Assembly: GCF_018977255.1 (NCBI RefSeq)
Contig: NW_024704743.1
Location: 77,316,001-77,380,000, forward strand
Direction of reading: 5' to 3'
Length of the DNA: 64,000 nt
Source of the DNA: Callorhinchus milii
Lineage: Eukaryota
Below are positions 38,213-50,552 of the stretch, one piece after another. Every line of letters begins with the position of its first letter. Position 1 is the stretch's first letter. Under the pieces are notes generated by a model. It was not told where the DNA came from. It searched no databases and saw nothing but the letters and a program-made list of their open reading frames with translations. The position numbers were made by a program, and so were the translations under genes.

Positions 38213-38713
38213 TTGCAGCGTAGATTTACTAGATTAGTACCAGGGATGAAAGGGATGAGTTATGAGGATAGGCTGACCAATTTGGGCCTATATTCCCTAG
38301 AATATAGAAGAATTGGAGGGGATCTTATAGAAACCTATAAGATCATCAAAGGGCATGATAGAGTAGATAGTGGGAAATTGTTTCCCCTGGTTGGAGAAAC
38401 TAAAACCAGGGGTCACAACCTTAAAATCAGAGGCCAACCCTTTCACACTGAGTTGAGAAAGAACTTCTTCACTCAAAGGGTGGTGAATGTATGGAACTCA
38501 CTACCCCAAAGGGCTGTTGACGCTCAGTCCTTGAACATATTCAAGACTGAGATAGATAGATTTCTTATTGCAAAAGGGACGAAGGGATATGGGGATATGG
38601 CAGGGTTAGGTTATTAGCTGGAGTTAGATTAAAAGATCAGCCATGATTGAATGGCAGGGCAGGCTCAAAGCGCCGAATGGCCTACTCCTGCTCCTACATG
38701 TTATGTTATGTTA
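38213..38713 (+). mobile_element. CR1 3' fragment inserted into a minus-strand Deu-SINE (38122-38212 and 38714-38850)
   Basis: Open frame QRRFTRLVPGMKGMSYEDRLTNLGLYSLEYRR...FFTQRVVNVWNSLP; (TTATG)n tail; SINE sequence continues on both sides. Confidence 0.93.
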
Positions 38714-39149
38714 TTTTGTAGGTGAGCTGCAACAGCTAATTTGCACATAACAATATCCCATGAACATCCATGAAATGAACGACCAATTTTATTTGGAGGA
38801 TTATTGGCTGGGACACCAGAAGAAACTCCCTTCCTTTGAATCACAACGAGGCGTTCAATACAGTATTGGAGGATGGCTCTTTTGTAACCTGGAAATAATT
38901 CTATGATCTCTTGTGACCTCAAGGTTATGTGGGGTCATGAGTTTCATTGGCATTACTGAAAAGGTAGAGTAAAAGTAAGCAGGGAACACATTGATGATTC
39001 AATCATGGTATCTTCTGTTCATATAGTGCTTAGCAGGATTTCACTGAGTGAAGATATTTATTCATATTTATGAGTTTAACCTGAGTGACATAACTCATCA
39101 AATTATTTATTGTATCAGATTTCTTCCTCTCAACAATTCTATTTCTGAG

Positions 39150-39530
39150 TTTTGCTCAGTTGGCAACACTCTCACCTCTGGGTTAGAAGGTTGTGTATTC
39201 AAATCCCAAGTTGGGGTATAGAATTCACAGTGTGAGCTGACACTCCAGTGCAGCATTGGTAGAGCACTGCATTATTAGAGATGCATATTTCAGATGAAGC
39301 ATTAAAATTGAGATTCCTTCTGCCTGTTCAAGTGAACGTTAACGATTCCAAACACTGTTTTTCAAAGCGAAGGGAGTTTCTTCCTTTACCTTCCCAATGA
39401 TTCTCTATCTAAATTTGACATTCATTTTGTTGCTTGCTGTACTCGCCTACAAATACAATCACTGCCACTGCACTTGACAACAATTACCTAGAGCACATTT
39501 TGAGACGTTTCAATGTGATGGTGCAATAGC
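39150..39530 (+). mobile_element. Deu-domain SINE, degenerate
   Basis: Head GCTCAGTTGGCAACACTCTCACCTCTG; Deu block TTCAGATGAAGCATTAAAATTGAG...TGTTCAAGTGAACGTTAACGATTCC. Confidence 0.7.
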
Positions 39531-40135
39531 CTATAGGCTCATGCCTTGAATAAAGTATCCTCCTTGGGAGGGGCGTAAGTGGGGCCTCTTTGGAGCTGAG
39601 CTGGCTCCAAGGTGGAATGTTTGCAACAAAATGTCAAAATGAGTCAGCCTTCTGTAGCAGTCTGTGAAGTCTGGGTCCTGAGCCAGGTGGATCCGCAGTA
39701 CTCTAGGGCGTGCTGATGACGCACCAGCCAGCCTAGCTTCTTGGTAAGACTTGGAAGGCAGATCAGTCAATGGGAGCATCGATTCTTCCCATTCAGCTCC
39801 TGTTAACTCTACAAGCCAAAGCTTTAAGGGATACGGTGGCCTGAGCTGGACAAGCAGGGGAAAGCTTCCCAGACAGTGCTCTCAATGGCAAGTTGGTTAC
39901 ACTCCAGCAACACCCAGGTATAATCCGAGGTACCCAATCCTTGTCTTTTGCAAACAGGTGTCTAATACTCTCCAGAATTAGCTAAGCAGGATGCATCCCC
40001 TTTGGGAAGCGGTGTATATTCCACTAAAGATGCAGTGCAGGTGGGATGCATAAAACTTTCATTCTAGTTTGGATACCCTTAAGCATGGTGATGGGTTTCT
40101 GCATATGTCAGACACACAGATGATCCACAAAAAGT
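39531..40135 (+). repeat. Unclassified dispersed repeat (family X), longest copy
   Basis: Aligns by eye with 42591-43113(+), 11770-12060(-), 4015-4115(-) and 15865-16045(+). Confidence 0.8.
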
Positions 40136-40277
40136 AATTTTTAAAAAATGATTTAAACACAAGCTTCAGGTGTACTACACCTTATTTACAGCTACTGCAC
40201 TATAAAATGTCAAAATAATTTTAGTTTCTTAGCCCAAAACATTCTGATTGTGTGAACGCCAATGTTGTGCTGTTCTG

Positions 40278-40465
40278 AAGAGCTTCTCTTTGACCGTGCC
40301 TTCAGCTCCCCTCTCAACTCTCTACCCCCTCCTCACTCCCTCCCTTCGCTCCCCTCACCCTGACCATTTCCCCCCTGCTCGGGTCCTGACCCAACTGTAC
40401 AGCGCCTTGGGACGTCCTCCCGACGTGAAAGGCGCTCAATAAATGGAATCTTGTTGTTGTTGTTG
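40278..40465 (+). mobile_element. L2 3' end
   Basis: CAGCGCCTTGGGACGTCCTCCCGACGTGAAAGGCGCTC...(TTG)n. Confidence 0.9.
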
Positions 40466-40904
40466 TGTTCGTTTAATGCAGTGAAATATCATTTCTTCAA
40501 AATAACCTTTCTTTTTCAGGTTAGGTTGTATTGTTGGCAATTTTTCTTGCAGTAGATTTGCAAACTGTGATCTAACTAGTTGTAGGAAAATCATCTTCTG
40601 AATGCAAACAATTGTGAATGCATTGGTGAGGTATGTTGTTCAGGACTTCAACACTTTGCTGAGATCCATACCCCTCAGACTGTGACTCAGAATATAGTAG
40701 GTCGGTCCGATGTGAGATACAGGTTTGGATAGTCTGATACATTTGCCAAGTATCTGTAAATGAGCGACAGGCCTTGTGTTTTGAGACTACATCTGTGCTC
40801 AGAAAACACAATTAGCTGGAGGCGTTGTTCAAACCCTAATAGGTATGAATTTGGCAAAGTGTAAATCAATGTAAATTCAATCCATTGTAATATACTTGGA
40901 TTTA

Positions 40905-41575
40905 GAACCAGAGAACTTTACAGCACAGAAGAAAGACATTCAGCCCATTGTGTCTGCGCTGCCTCTTTGTCACATTCAGTCACATTTTACTCTCCTTTCC
41001 TGTACACCTTCAAATTACTCCTTTTTGGATATCTTGTTCCCTCATGAAAATTAATATGGGTCTTGTCTCGACCACCAGCATTTCATATCCTAACAATTTT
41101 TGGTGTAAATAAAATCTCCCCCTTTGCTAATTTTCACAAATTGGTGCCCTAGAAATGCCGACTCATTGACCAATGGAAATAATTTCTTTCTACATACTTT
41201 ATCAAAACCCTCATCATTTTAAGGACTTCTATCAGGTCTTCCCTAAACCTTAGTTCCAGTGAAAATAAACCCAGCTCTCCAGTCTCTGCTCACAGGTCAA
41301 ACAGTCATCCCAGCCATCATCCCAATCAATCTCCTTTGCACCCACTTTGTGTATGTCAATCGCTAGGTCTCTCTGCTCTTCTATTCCTTTTAAAATGTTA
41401 CAGTTTATACCCCCTCTCCTTATTTTTCCTCCCAAAATCTATAACCTCAATCTGTCTGCATTAAATATCAACTGCCACTTTTCATCCCAATCTACTAGTC
41501 TGACTATGTCCTCCTGAAGTTGCTTATTGGTTTCTTCTTACTGTTAACTATACTCTCTATTTTTGTGTCATCTGT
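40905..41575 (-). mobile_element. Old CR1 3' fragment with deletions
   Basis: Reversed ADDTK-like segment near 41570, EEQRDL motif, and CR1 3'UTR near 40910-40970. Confidence 0.75.
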
Positions 41576-41584
41576 AATAATTCT

Positions 41585-41986
41585 AATAATCTTTACATTT
41601 GATATCACACATTCAAGTGTAGTGACTGTTTTTTGTAGGCAAATGTGACAAACAATTTGTGCACAGCAATGTCCCCCAAATTACAATGACATGTATGACC
41701 ATTTTTTAATTTGGTGAATTGTGGCCAAGAAACCGGAGAAACTCCCTTATCCCTTCCCTTCCCAAATGCCATGGGATCTTTAACATCCACCTGAACAGGC
41801 AAATGGGACCTTGGTTTAATATCTTAATATGGTTTTAAAGGATGAAACCTCGAATAATGGAGCACACTCTCAACACTGCACTAGAGCGTCAGCCTAGAAT
41901 ATGAGTTCAAAGCCCCATTGTAGGGTTTGAACCCACAAGCTTCTGCCTTAGAGGTGAGAATGCAACCAACTGAGCCAGGCTGACAC
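41585..41986 (-). mobile_element. Deu-domain SINE, full length
   Basis: Reversed head TGTCAGCCTGGCTCAGTTGGTTGCATTCTCACCTCT, B box GGGTTCAAACCC, Deu block CAGGTGGATGTTAAAGATCCCATGGCA, L2-type tail. Confidence 0.85.
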
Positions 41987-42590
41987 ATATAAACTTAGAA
42001 ATTGTGCTTTTTATACAGTAAATGGCGTGAACTGCATTTGCCAAGTTAATTTCAGCTAGGGCTTACACAGAACATAAGAAGAAGATGAATTTGTGAATGG
42101 TGTGGTAACACTGCACGGCAGTGAATAGCACTGCAAGTCCTGGATTTGTTATCACAGGCACATAAAGAGGCTTGACAAGCTCCACCAATACCATCTAACA
42201 TCCCAGGAATCACATGCAGGACAAAGTAAAAATTATGGACCAAATTACTGGTGTTGAGTCCATGCGAATATGGGTATATTGTCAGAATGAATGACATGCC
42301 AAAACAGGCCTTGTAGTTTGAAGACAGAAAAAGCAAGCAAGGTACATGGACAATCCAATACAAAATCTGAAGTTGTGTAACAGCAGTGTCAAATTGCAAA
42401 TGCCCATGGGATCTGGTACACGTTAACACACAATGTTTTCAGAAAATTAGAGACAATATCATTGCACCCTAAGGGATAAAAGCCAACAGCAGAAACAGCA
42501 ACAATAATAATAATTATTGTATTTGATATAACGCCTTATCACATAATTGAAATATCTCAAACTGCTTTATATATTGTAAAGTAATCGAAT

Positions 42591-43113
42591 GTCAGAATCG
42601 AGCCCAGCGCTCTGTGGCGGTCTCGGTAGTCCAGTTCATGAGTCAGGCGAGTCTGCAGTATCCCAAAGCACTGCCAGCCTGGCTCATCGGCAAGACCTGG
42701 AAGGGCAGACCAGTCACTCGGGACAAGGAGCCATCCCACTCAGCTCCTATTAACCCTGCAAGCCAAAGCCCTAATGGTAGGGTGGTCCTAGCTGGATAAG
42801 CAGCGGGAAAGCTTGCCGGACAACACTATCCATGGCAAGCTATGCAGTTTTAGCTGGTTAGGCTCCAGTAGTGCATAGTAGTGTGCTCTGGGGTTCCCAA
42901 GCCTTGGGTCTTGCTCTTGCCAACCTGCACCTTTCCAGAATTAGATAAGTAGGATACGTCCCTCCAGGAAGAGAGTGTGCATTTGATTCCAACGATCGAT
43001 CTCTGGGATTTCCATGTGTAGGTGGAATGCATAGAGATCTCAGCTTGGTTTGGATACTCTTAAGCATGGTGATGGGTTTCCGCATGTGTCAGACACTTGG
43101 CTGACCAAAAAAA
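42591..43113 (+). repeat. Unclassified dispersed repeat (family X), ends in an A-run
   Basis: Shares CAGCTCCTRTTAAC...CAAGCCAAAG core and the TAAGCATGGTGATGGGTTTC 3' block with 39531-40135. Confidence 0.8.
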
Positions 43114-45730
43114 ATTGTAAAGTGTATGTTGTCAGTGAAACAATGGTGCCTTATCAATTCACTTGAATGGGTGAAAGATGTAATATAGTCTGTATTTGTG
43201 TATGTGTGTGTGTGGTTGTGTCATAAATTGCTTTTGAATCGCCAACAAACTTGAAGTAATAAAATAATTTTATTGAAAATCAACTTCGAATACGAAAGAT
43301 AACATACACAGCTCCATGGAGTGGGGCAACACAATACAAATTTACATTTATATAACGCCTTTTTTTGTCAGGAAGGCTTCTCAAAGTGCTGGGCAATCTA
43401 AGCTTTGCATCCAAGCTGGGGGTGGAGACCAAGGACCTGACCACCTCTCTGGAGGCCAACTCACTCAGCACCATCCAGGTTACCCTCCACCCTTCCGGCC
43501 ATGACACCAGGAGAAACTTTTCTTCTCCTTTTGAATAGAACCATGGGATCTTTAATGCCCACCTGAACAGGCAAACAAGGCCTTGGTTTAACATCTGTTG
43601 AAGTCCAAGTCAGACCCTGCTTACCTCCTCCCCCCACCCCATGCTCTAATTTATAACACCGACTATTTAGCTCCTTCTATTCAATTTTGATGCCAATCTA
43701 CCAATCACTATGATGAAGTGATGAAGAGAAATGCAAATCTGAAAGTACTAAAAGATATGTAGTTATTTTGAGCATGTGAAGACCGGGCCAACCTACACCA
43801 CACCATTACAAAATTCGGTCATTTACAAGATTCAGGGAACTAAACTGAAAGTGTCAATGAGATTGCATCTCAGCCTGACTGGACTGCTCCAGCTTTCTGA
43901 GCACAACCCAGCAGAGGTCAGAAACAGCTAGCTTTAATCAAGCTTAAAGCAAAACCCCAAACTGCTCTGTGTTTATAGCTCAGATGCCAACAACCAGCTC
44001 AGATGCCAACAGCCTCAGTAATGACGCTACTGAGAAATAGGCCAGGATTTTTTGATGAGAAAAAAGCAGATGTAAGTGCAATCAGCTTAAAATAAATAAA
44101 CACCTCAATGAGCAGACTATTATTATTGTTTTATCATGCTTGATGACATTTTTGAACACTGTGGATGTGGAACAATAGTGTGTGCCAACAGACTGACTGC
44201 GTCAAGTGTCAGCACTCATTTGTTGTCATGTAAAAAGTACGGGCATGGTTGTTTTTCTTTTTTTGTGTATTAGTACAAAAGAAACTACATGCCACCATAC
44301 TAGTTTAGTTGTGATATATAACGGAGAATTTTAGATTGTGGTTTCTGCAGCCGCAGGGTTCAGTGTTTCACCACTGTGAAGGGCAGGGACATAGAAATCA
44401 AGGAGAATGAAGTTATTTTATGAGTAAATTGCTGTTGTGAAGACTTCAGCTTGACAACACTTCTGAGATCCCATGCTTGGCTGGCTTAGCTTTGTCACAT
44501 TATGATCTTTTAAAAAAGAAGAAAAGTCACCAATCCATTCTTTATTTTAATCATCATGTGTGAAGGCGCAGTTGTGTTAAAAAAGAATAGCTTTCATTGT
44601 ACTTGCAGCAAGTTGAAATTGGTGGTGGTGGGGGGGAATGTTAGGAATGTTAAGAAGGTATTTTATTTTTTCCTACTAATGGCATTGTGTGGCAGTCAAC
44701 AGTAGTATTTCAGAGGGCACTAAGGTGGGGATAGGAAGTTTCATGAGAAACCTGCGTATCAATTTAATGAAATTTGGGTTGCATATCTGCTGCTCCTCCA
44801 TACATACACACCTTTTCTATTCTACTATCTCAAATAGTAAAATGCCGCTTTCTTTGTTAACCAGTTTATTTCTTTGAAATACTTGAAAACAAGCACGTTA
44901 TAGGTAATAGTTGTGTTTGTTTCATTCACATTATTTATCTACTCAGTGACTCAGAAGAAAATTCTCCGTTAATGATCTTGTGCCACATGAGTCTGTTTGC
45001 CCAAAGGTAGAATGGTGCAATTTGGCAGCAGAAGACAAAATTCAGCTACTGAATGAAATTTTGCGCAGCGGTACCTGCTTCTGCACAGTTTGCTGCTGTA
45101 GGTACTGACACAGAGGAAAGCAATACATTTTAGTTGAGGACTGTTTCAAATGATATCATGCCAGGAGTGTGAATGGCAGTGAGCGTAGCGTTCCTTTGGG
45201 TGACCAGTCTATCCCAGTGCTTCACTCCTAAATCTGAATATTAAAATGATGCCATCTGCATTTAAAAACAGCATCGTTTTTGTGCACCTGTTTGCAAACA
45301 TTAATTAGATTGGTACGATTGCAGGCATTACTAAAATAAAGTGCAGTATACATTAAAGGGGAAGTGTCTTCCACTGAATGCTCACATGATCATAAACCAT
45401 AATAATCATTTAATAATAATAGTAATAATGATCATAAATAAGAAATACGTGTAGATTTACCAGCATCTCTTCTTGTCACGCATTATGTTTATGCTGTAGA
45501 GCTCCTGCTTAGAGTCACTCTGGGCGCAGACATTGTGTTTAGATCCTCTCCTCCTGTGATGCCTGTCAATGGTGAGTACTAGCTGTCTTTTTGTTAAAAA
45601 TAATAATTATTGCATTTGGGATAGCGCTTCATCACATTGTTAAACACCTCAAAACACTTTACAAGATTTATTGTAGAGTGCAGTGTCTGTGCATTTAGTA
45701 GGCAAATACGGTAGCCACTTTGCACACCGC

Positions 45731-46035
45731 AATAATAATAATAATCCTTGCATTTGATATAGCGCTTTTCACGTCTTCTAGACGTCGTAAAGCGCTTCAC
45801 AGAATATACTGTTAAGTGAATTGATTGTATATTTGTGGGCAAAACGCGGCAGTCAATTGCACACAGCAGTGTCCCACAAATAGTCATGCATTGAAATGAC
45901 CAATTTTTTTTTCTTGAGGGATTATTATCAGACATGTGGAGTAAGGAAACTTGCCCAAGGTTTCGTCCTGCCGGGAATCAAACCCAGGTTTCTCGCTTGC
46001 AAGGCGAGTGCTCAAACCACTGAGCAACAGGACCC
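45731..46035 (-). mobile_element. tRNA-derived SINE, full length, adjacent to an older SINE tail (45598-45730)
   Basis: Complete head-to-tail match to the 33501 and 62921 copies. Confidence 0.95.
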
Positions 46036-46044
46036 CCTGTATTA

Positions 46045-46450
46045 ATATTATGATAGGATTCAATAAGATGGATGTTGGTAGGCTGTTTCCACTTGTTGGT
46101 GAGTTTGAAAGCAGAGAACATTAATAGAATATACTAATATTAGATCTTATAACAACAACAACAACAACTTGTATTTATGCAGCGCATCTCACTCAGGGTA
46201 GCATTCCAGAGCAGGCAGTTTGGAGGAAATTCTTCACGCAGAAGGTAGTGAAAATGTGGAACTCACTACTGGAAGCTGTGATTGAAGCAAATGGCATCAA
46301 TGTATCTAAGAGAAAACTTGATGCATTCATGACCGAGAAGGGCAAAGAGGGGTATAACGCCTAAGTAAGGGGAATAAGAGAATATAAAGACTGGCATGCA
46401 CTAGTTGGGCCAAATGGCCTATTTCCGTGCTATATCACTTGATTTAACTC
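46045..46450 (+). mobile_element. Old CR1 3' fragment with a short L2 tail inserted (~46150-46212, minus)
   Basis: AGGAAATTCTTCACGCAGAAGGTAGTGAAAATGTGGAACTCACT (FFTQKVVKMWNSL); GGGCCAAATGGCCT 3'UTR. Confidence 0.75.
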
Positions 46451-48547
46451 TAAGTGATGATAAGAATTGAAACAATGAGGAGTGGTGGCGAGGGGGGATG
46501 GAGGGAATACATGTTCATGATGCAACTGAAGCAGAACTTTATGATGTGACAAAGGGGTGTTCCCTATACAGTATCCTCACACTGGGCACTGCAAGTGTGC
46601 AGGTTCTTGCCTCATAATAATTAGGGTTGCAAACAAATTCACACACCCTCATTAAATTATTTATTTTGAAAAGAAAGTGGGTTATCTAATACTCTGATAA
46701 TTAACGTGGGGTTGATATTTGAAGCCGACAAGAACGGCAGACACAACCCTTACCAACTAGCAGAATGTCACCTATCTCATCGATCCCTACAATCAAGAAA
46801 ATAACAACCAACACAAATGAAAGTGAGAAACATATTACATACTGAGCCATAAGCTGCTTTGGAGTAACCTGACCCCACATTGCTTGAGAGTAATGATCAC
46901 CTTGAATTTCTTTTATTGTGGCAATCTGCAACATCTAGGGAGGAGCCATGCTTTGTACCTTTAAGGTAGGGGAATCACTGTTGACAAAACTGCCTGGAAA
47001 GATTTGGCCAGCTCGAGCTGCATTAGCCTGGGTAATCTCATAATGTGCAGCAATAAAAGCAGAATCAGGCCAAAACAGCAGCTGCTGGCCCTGACAGCTG
47101 CGTCTGGCCGGCTTCAGCCTTTTCTCAACTGCTGAGCAGACGGCAAGCTAATAAAGCCCTCAAGAAATCAACATATTTCTGCAAAGCACCTGTCCTGATT
47201 GCTATTATCTCTTGCCTTGTAATATTTTTATTATTTTTTTAATGCAGCAGCATGCATTTGAGAAACCCTAGGCATTGTGATAAGGCTAACTCCTGTGCAG
47301 GGCTTGGTTAAGGCATAGCAAAGCTAGTGCAAAGCAAAGGTAGGGCATTGCATCTGATCCTTGACACCTAGTTAATTATTTTTGCCTTTTTTTTAACATT
47401 ATTAACATATGTTAACGGTTTGTTTCAATGGCTACTTTACACAAGTGGAAGTAGATTTTAAATTGTCATAAATCAAGGATAAATCACTCAATGTATATTA
47501 GTTCTAAAATATTATTTTTATTCCTTTACAATTTGAGGGAATATCTGACCAGATTGTAATTGTTCCAGTAATGGGAGGTGGCATTTATTAGATCACCCCA
47601 TCAACACACAATTAAATTGTGTTTGAAAGTGTAAGAGAAAGAGAGAGAACCTACAAGTCCAACAAACAGATTGGACAAAGAAAAAGAAGCCTATAACCTT
47701 TATTACCTCCTTCTCAGTCAATATAAAGTTCCTGGACCTAGGGTATTTGGCACATAAGATATCTTGGATGATTTATAGCTCAGGGCACTGATGACAGGCT
47801 AGCATTAGGTCAAGGGGATGGAGGACATTCACTGAGATTTATCTTACGGATATATCCATGCATAATAGTTTCATAATTATTAAAACAATTTCCTGGAATG
47901 TTGAAGATATGAAAAATATATTCATGTTTTTAATTCAATTTAAATTGATCAAATAAAGTTGATATTTCAGGGTTAGAAGATACATAATGACATATTGTAT
48001 GAATTGATATCTGAGAAAATGTTACCGTTAACACAGTATGTTAACTGTGGCATATTTAAGTTAAAAACAATAATGAAACAACTTTTTAAAATGCTATTCC
48101 AGACATTCGTCCTCAAAGTACAGGATCCCTACACTTCATGGTAAAAAATCTGTGAAGTTCTCAAATGTTTTGATGACATTATTGGCACAAATGCTAGGAT
48201 TATTGTCATTATTCATAAATAAATTGTTTTTCCAATAGTTTGTGAACACAATAACCCCTGACTCTGGGTATCTGGAAGTTGAATGTAGCCGGACTGGGCC
48301 CAAAATCAAAAAACATTTTGAAAATTAATTCTGTGGGCCTGCATGCCTGTAGACTCCTGTCTCTTAATGTGTGCCAACGCCAGGCTGAGCACCCTCAACA
48401 TCCTTGCTGGTCTCCACATTTGCACACAAATATCGACTTTGACTCAGATTCTTTGAATCCCGTGAGCAGAAAATAGCTTATTTGCAGGATATACAATATC
48501 AGAACTTACACTTAGCCAGAAATTCTGGCTTCCAAACTGGATCTCAC

Positions 48548-49980
48548 CACCACACCTCAGGCGCTGACAGCATCACCATCCAAGGATGCACACTCCACCT
48601 TACTAAGCCAGTTCAGAACCTTGGCACCTTGTTTCACCCTCAACTATCCTTTCTACACCACATCGATGCCATGACCCGCTCTGCCTTCTCCCATTCCCCA
48701 ACATCTACAACAACAACAATAATTTGGATTTATATAGCACCCTCCACGCTGGACGGTGTCTCAGAGCGCTTGAATGGGGTCATTCTGGGAGAGCCAGGTT
48801 TCGGTGAGCCCAAGAATGTCAAGGTGCTCGTCCAGGATGAGGTCGTAGACGGTGAGGCTTCGTTGAGAGGGAACGGACATTTTGGAGGGAAATGCAGGTG
48901 GGTTTGCTGAAGTAGGGGGAGGGAGCAGAGGGTGATGCGGAGAGGATTTTAGGGTGCACAGGAGAGATGGTTGTGGAGAGTGATGTGAGTGGAGAGTTGG
49001 GGAGGGTACGTATGAGGGAAGGGGAAATTGGGTTTGCCTTAAGGAGGCGGTTTGAGCGGAGGGAGTGAGTGATGGGACACTTGGGGTTGCTGCTCTGGGA
49101 CAGCCAGTGCCGGGAGCCACGATGGGCCCAGCGGAGGATGCCCAGGCTGGAGCAGAGGGAAGTGGTGATGGGGTCGAGGAGAGAGAGAAGGCGGGGAGGG
49201 TGGTGGGAGAGAAGGACAGAGGGGGAGAAGCGGATAGAGGGGGGTGGGAGGAGAGAGATAGAGGGGGGTGGGAGGAGAGATATTTAGAGTGGAGGGGGAG
49301 GTTCGGGTTGGGGCGGCAGTAGAGACCGGGAGCAAGCGATCAGTGAGATGGCATCAGCCCGCAGGCTGTGTGGTCATGGCCGGGATGGCAGTGATAGGGG
49401 CTGCCAGGCATTGTTGTTGTTTTTTTTTAACTGTGACGTCACACCGACGTCACTTTGTGAATTGTGCCCCTTCCCCTCACCTACCCCCCCCCCCCACCCC
49501 CCACCCCCACCCGCGCTCTCCTGACTCTCCGCTCCCGACTGAGTGGCTCCTCACCTGGCTGGGCTTTATACCCACAGCTAGGCCTCGGCTCCGCCCTGCG
49601 CTCTCCTGACTCCGCTCCCGCCTGGCTCCACCACTGACTAACATCATAGAAACTCTCATACACACATTCTTAACATCCAGGCTTGACAATGCAAACTCCC
49701 TGCTTGTCGGCCTCCCCAACTCCTGCCTCCAAAACTCTGTAGCCCGTGTCCTCTCTTGCGTCAAGTTCCGTGACCCCATCACCCCCATCCTCACCCAACT
49801 CCACTGGCTTCCCATCACACAGAAGATACAGTTCAAGATCCACGTCCTCATCTTCAAAGCCCTCCATGGCCTCCTAGCCTACTACCATCCTGTCCACTTC
49901 CTAGGCTAAGCGAGCTCCGGCCTGCTTCACGTCCCCCGCCTCGCCCGCCCCACCATTTGCAGGCAGGCCTTCAGCCACTT
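48548..49980 (+). mobile_element. Host L2 fragment split in two (48548-48705 and 49640-49980)
   Basis: TSGADSITIQGCTLHLTKPVQNLG...; resumes with ETLIHTFLTSRLDNANSLL-type sequence; collinear with ~26480-27030. Confidence 0.88.
48706..49639 (-). mobile_element. Internally deleted L2 derivative: 5' end plus endonuclease N-terminus plus 3' tail
   Basis: TSD AACATC (48700-48705, 49640-49645); minus peptides LQNVRSL and LTVYDLILDEHLDILGLTETWL (APE endonuclease start) joined to AAGCGCTCTGAGACACCGTCC...(TTG)n. Confidence 0.8.
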
Positions 49981-50323
49981 TGCATTTGATATATAGCTCC
50001 TTTCAGATCAGGAGGATGACTCAATACTTCATAGAAATTACTGTAAAGTGCATTTAGTAGGCAAATCTGGAAGCTAATTTGCACACAGTAATGTCCCTCA
50101 AACAGCCGTGAAGTGAATGACCAATTTTATTGTTGGCCAGGGCACTGAGAGAAACTCCCTTCTCATTTTGAATAGTGCCGTGGGATCTTTAACGTCCACC
50201 TGAATAGCCATGTATTGCCAGGGAAAAATTACAATGGACAAAAAACATCTGTCTTTTGTTTCTGTGATTACACATACATATTTATAGTCGGACCCTAATA
50301 CAACTATAACGACTTGTATTTAT

Positions 50324-50552
50324 ATAATAATAATAATCATAATCCTTGCATTTGATATAGCGCTTTTCACGTCTTCTAGACGTCTCAAAGCGCTTCACAG
50401 AATATACCGTAAAGTGAATTGACTGTACATTTGTGCGCAAAACGCAGCAGCCAATTGTGCACAGCACAAACAGTCGTGACCAATTTATTATTGTTTTTTT
50501 TCCTTGAGGGATTATTATCAGGCGAGTGCTCTAAACACTGAGCTACAGGACT
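50324..50552 (-). mobile_element. tRNA-derived SINE with ~70-bp internal deletion
   Basis: Head and tail both present; TTATCAGGC joins GAGTGCTCT directly; flanked by TTTATAT on both sides. Confidence 0.9.
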
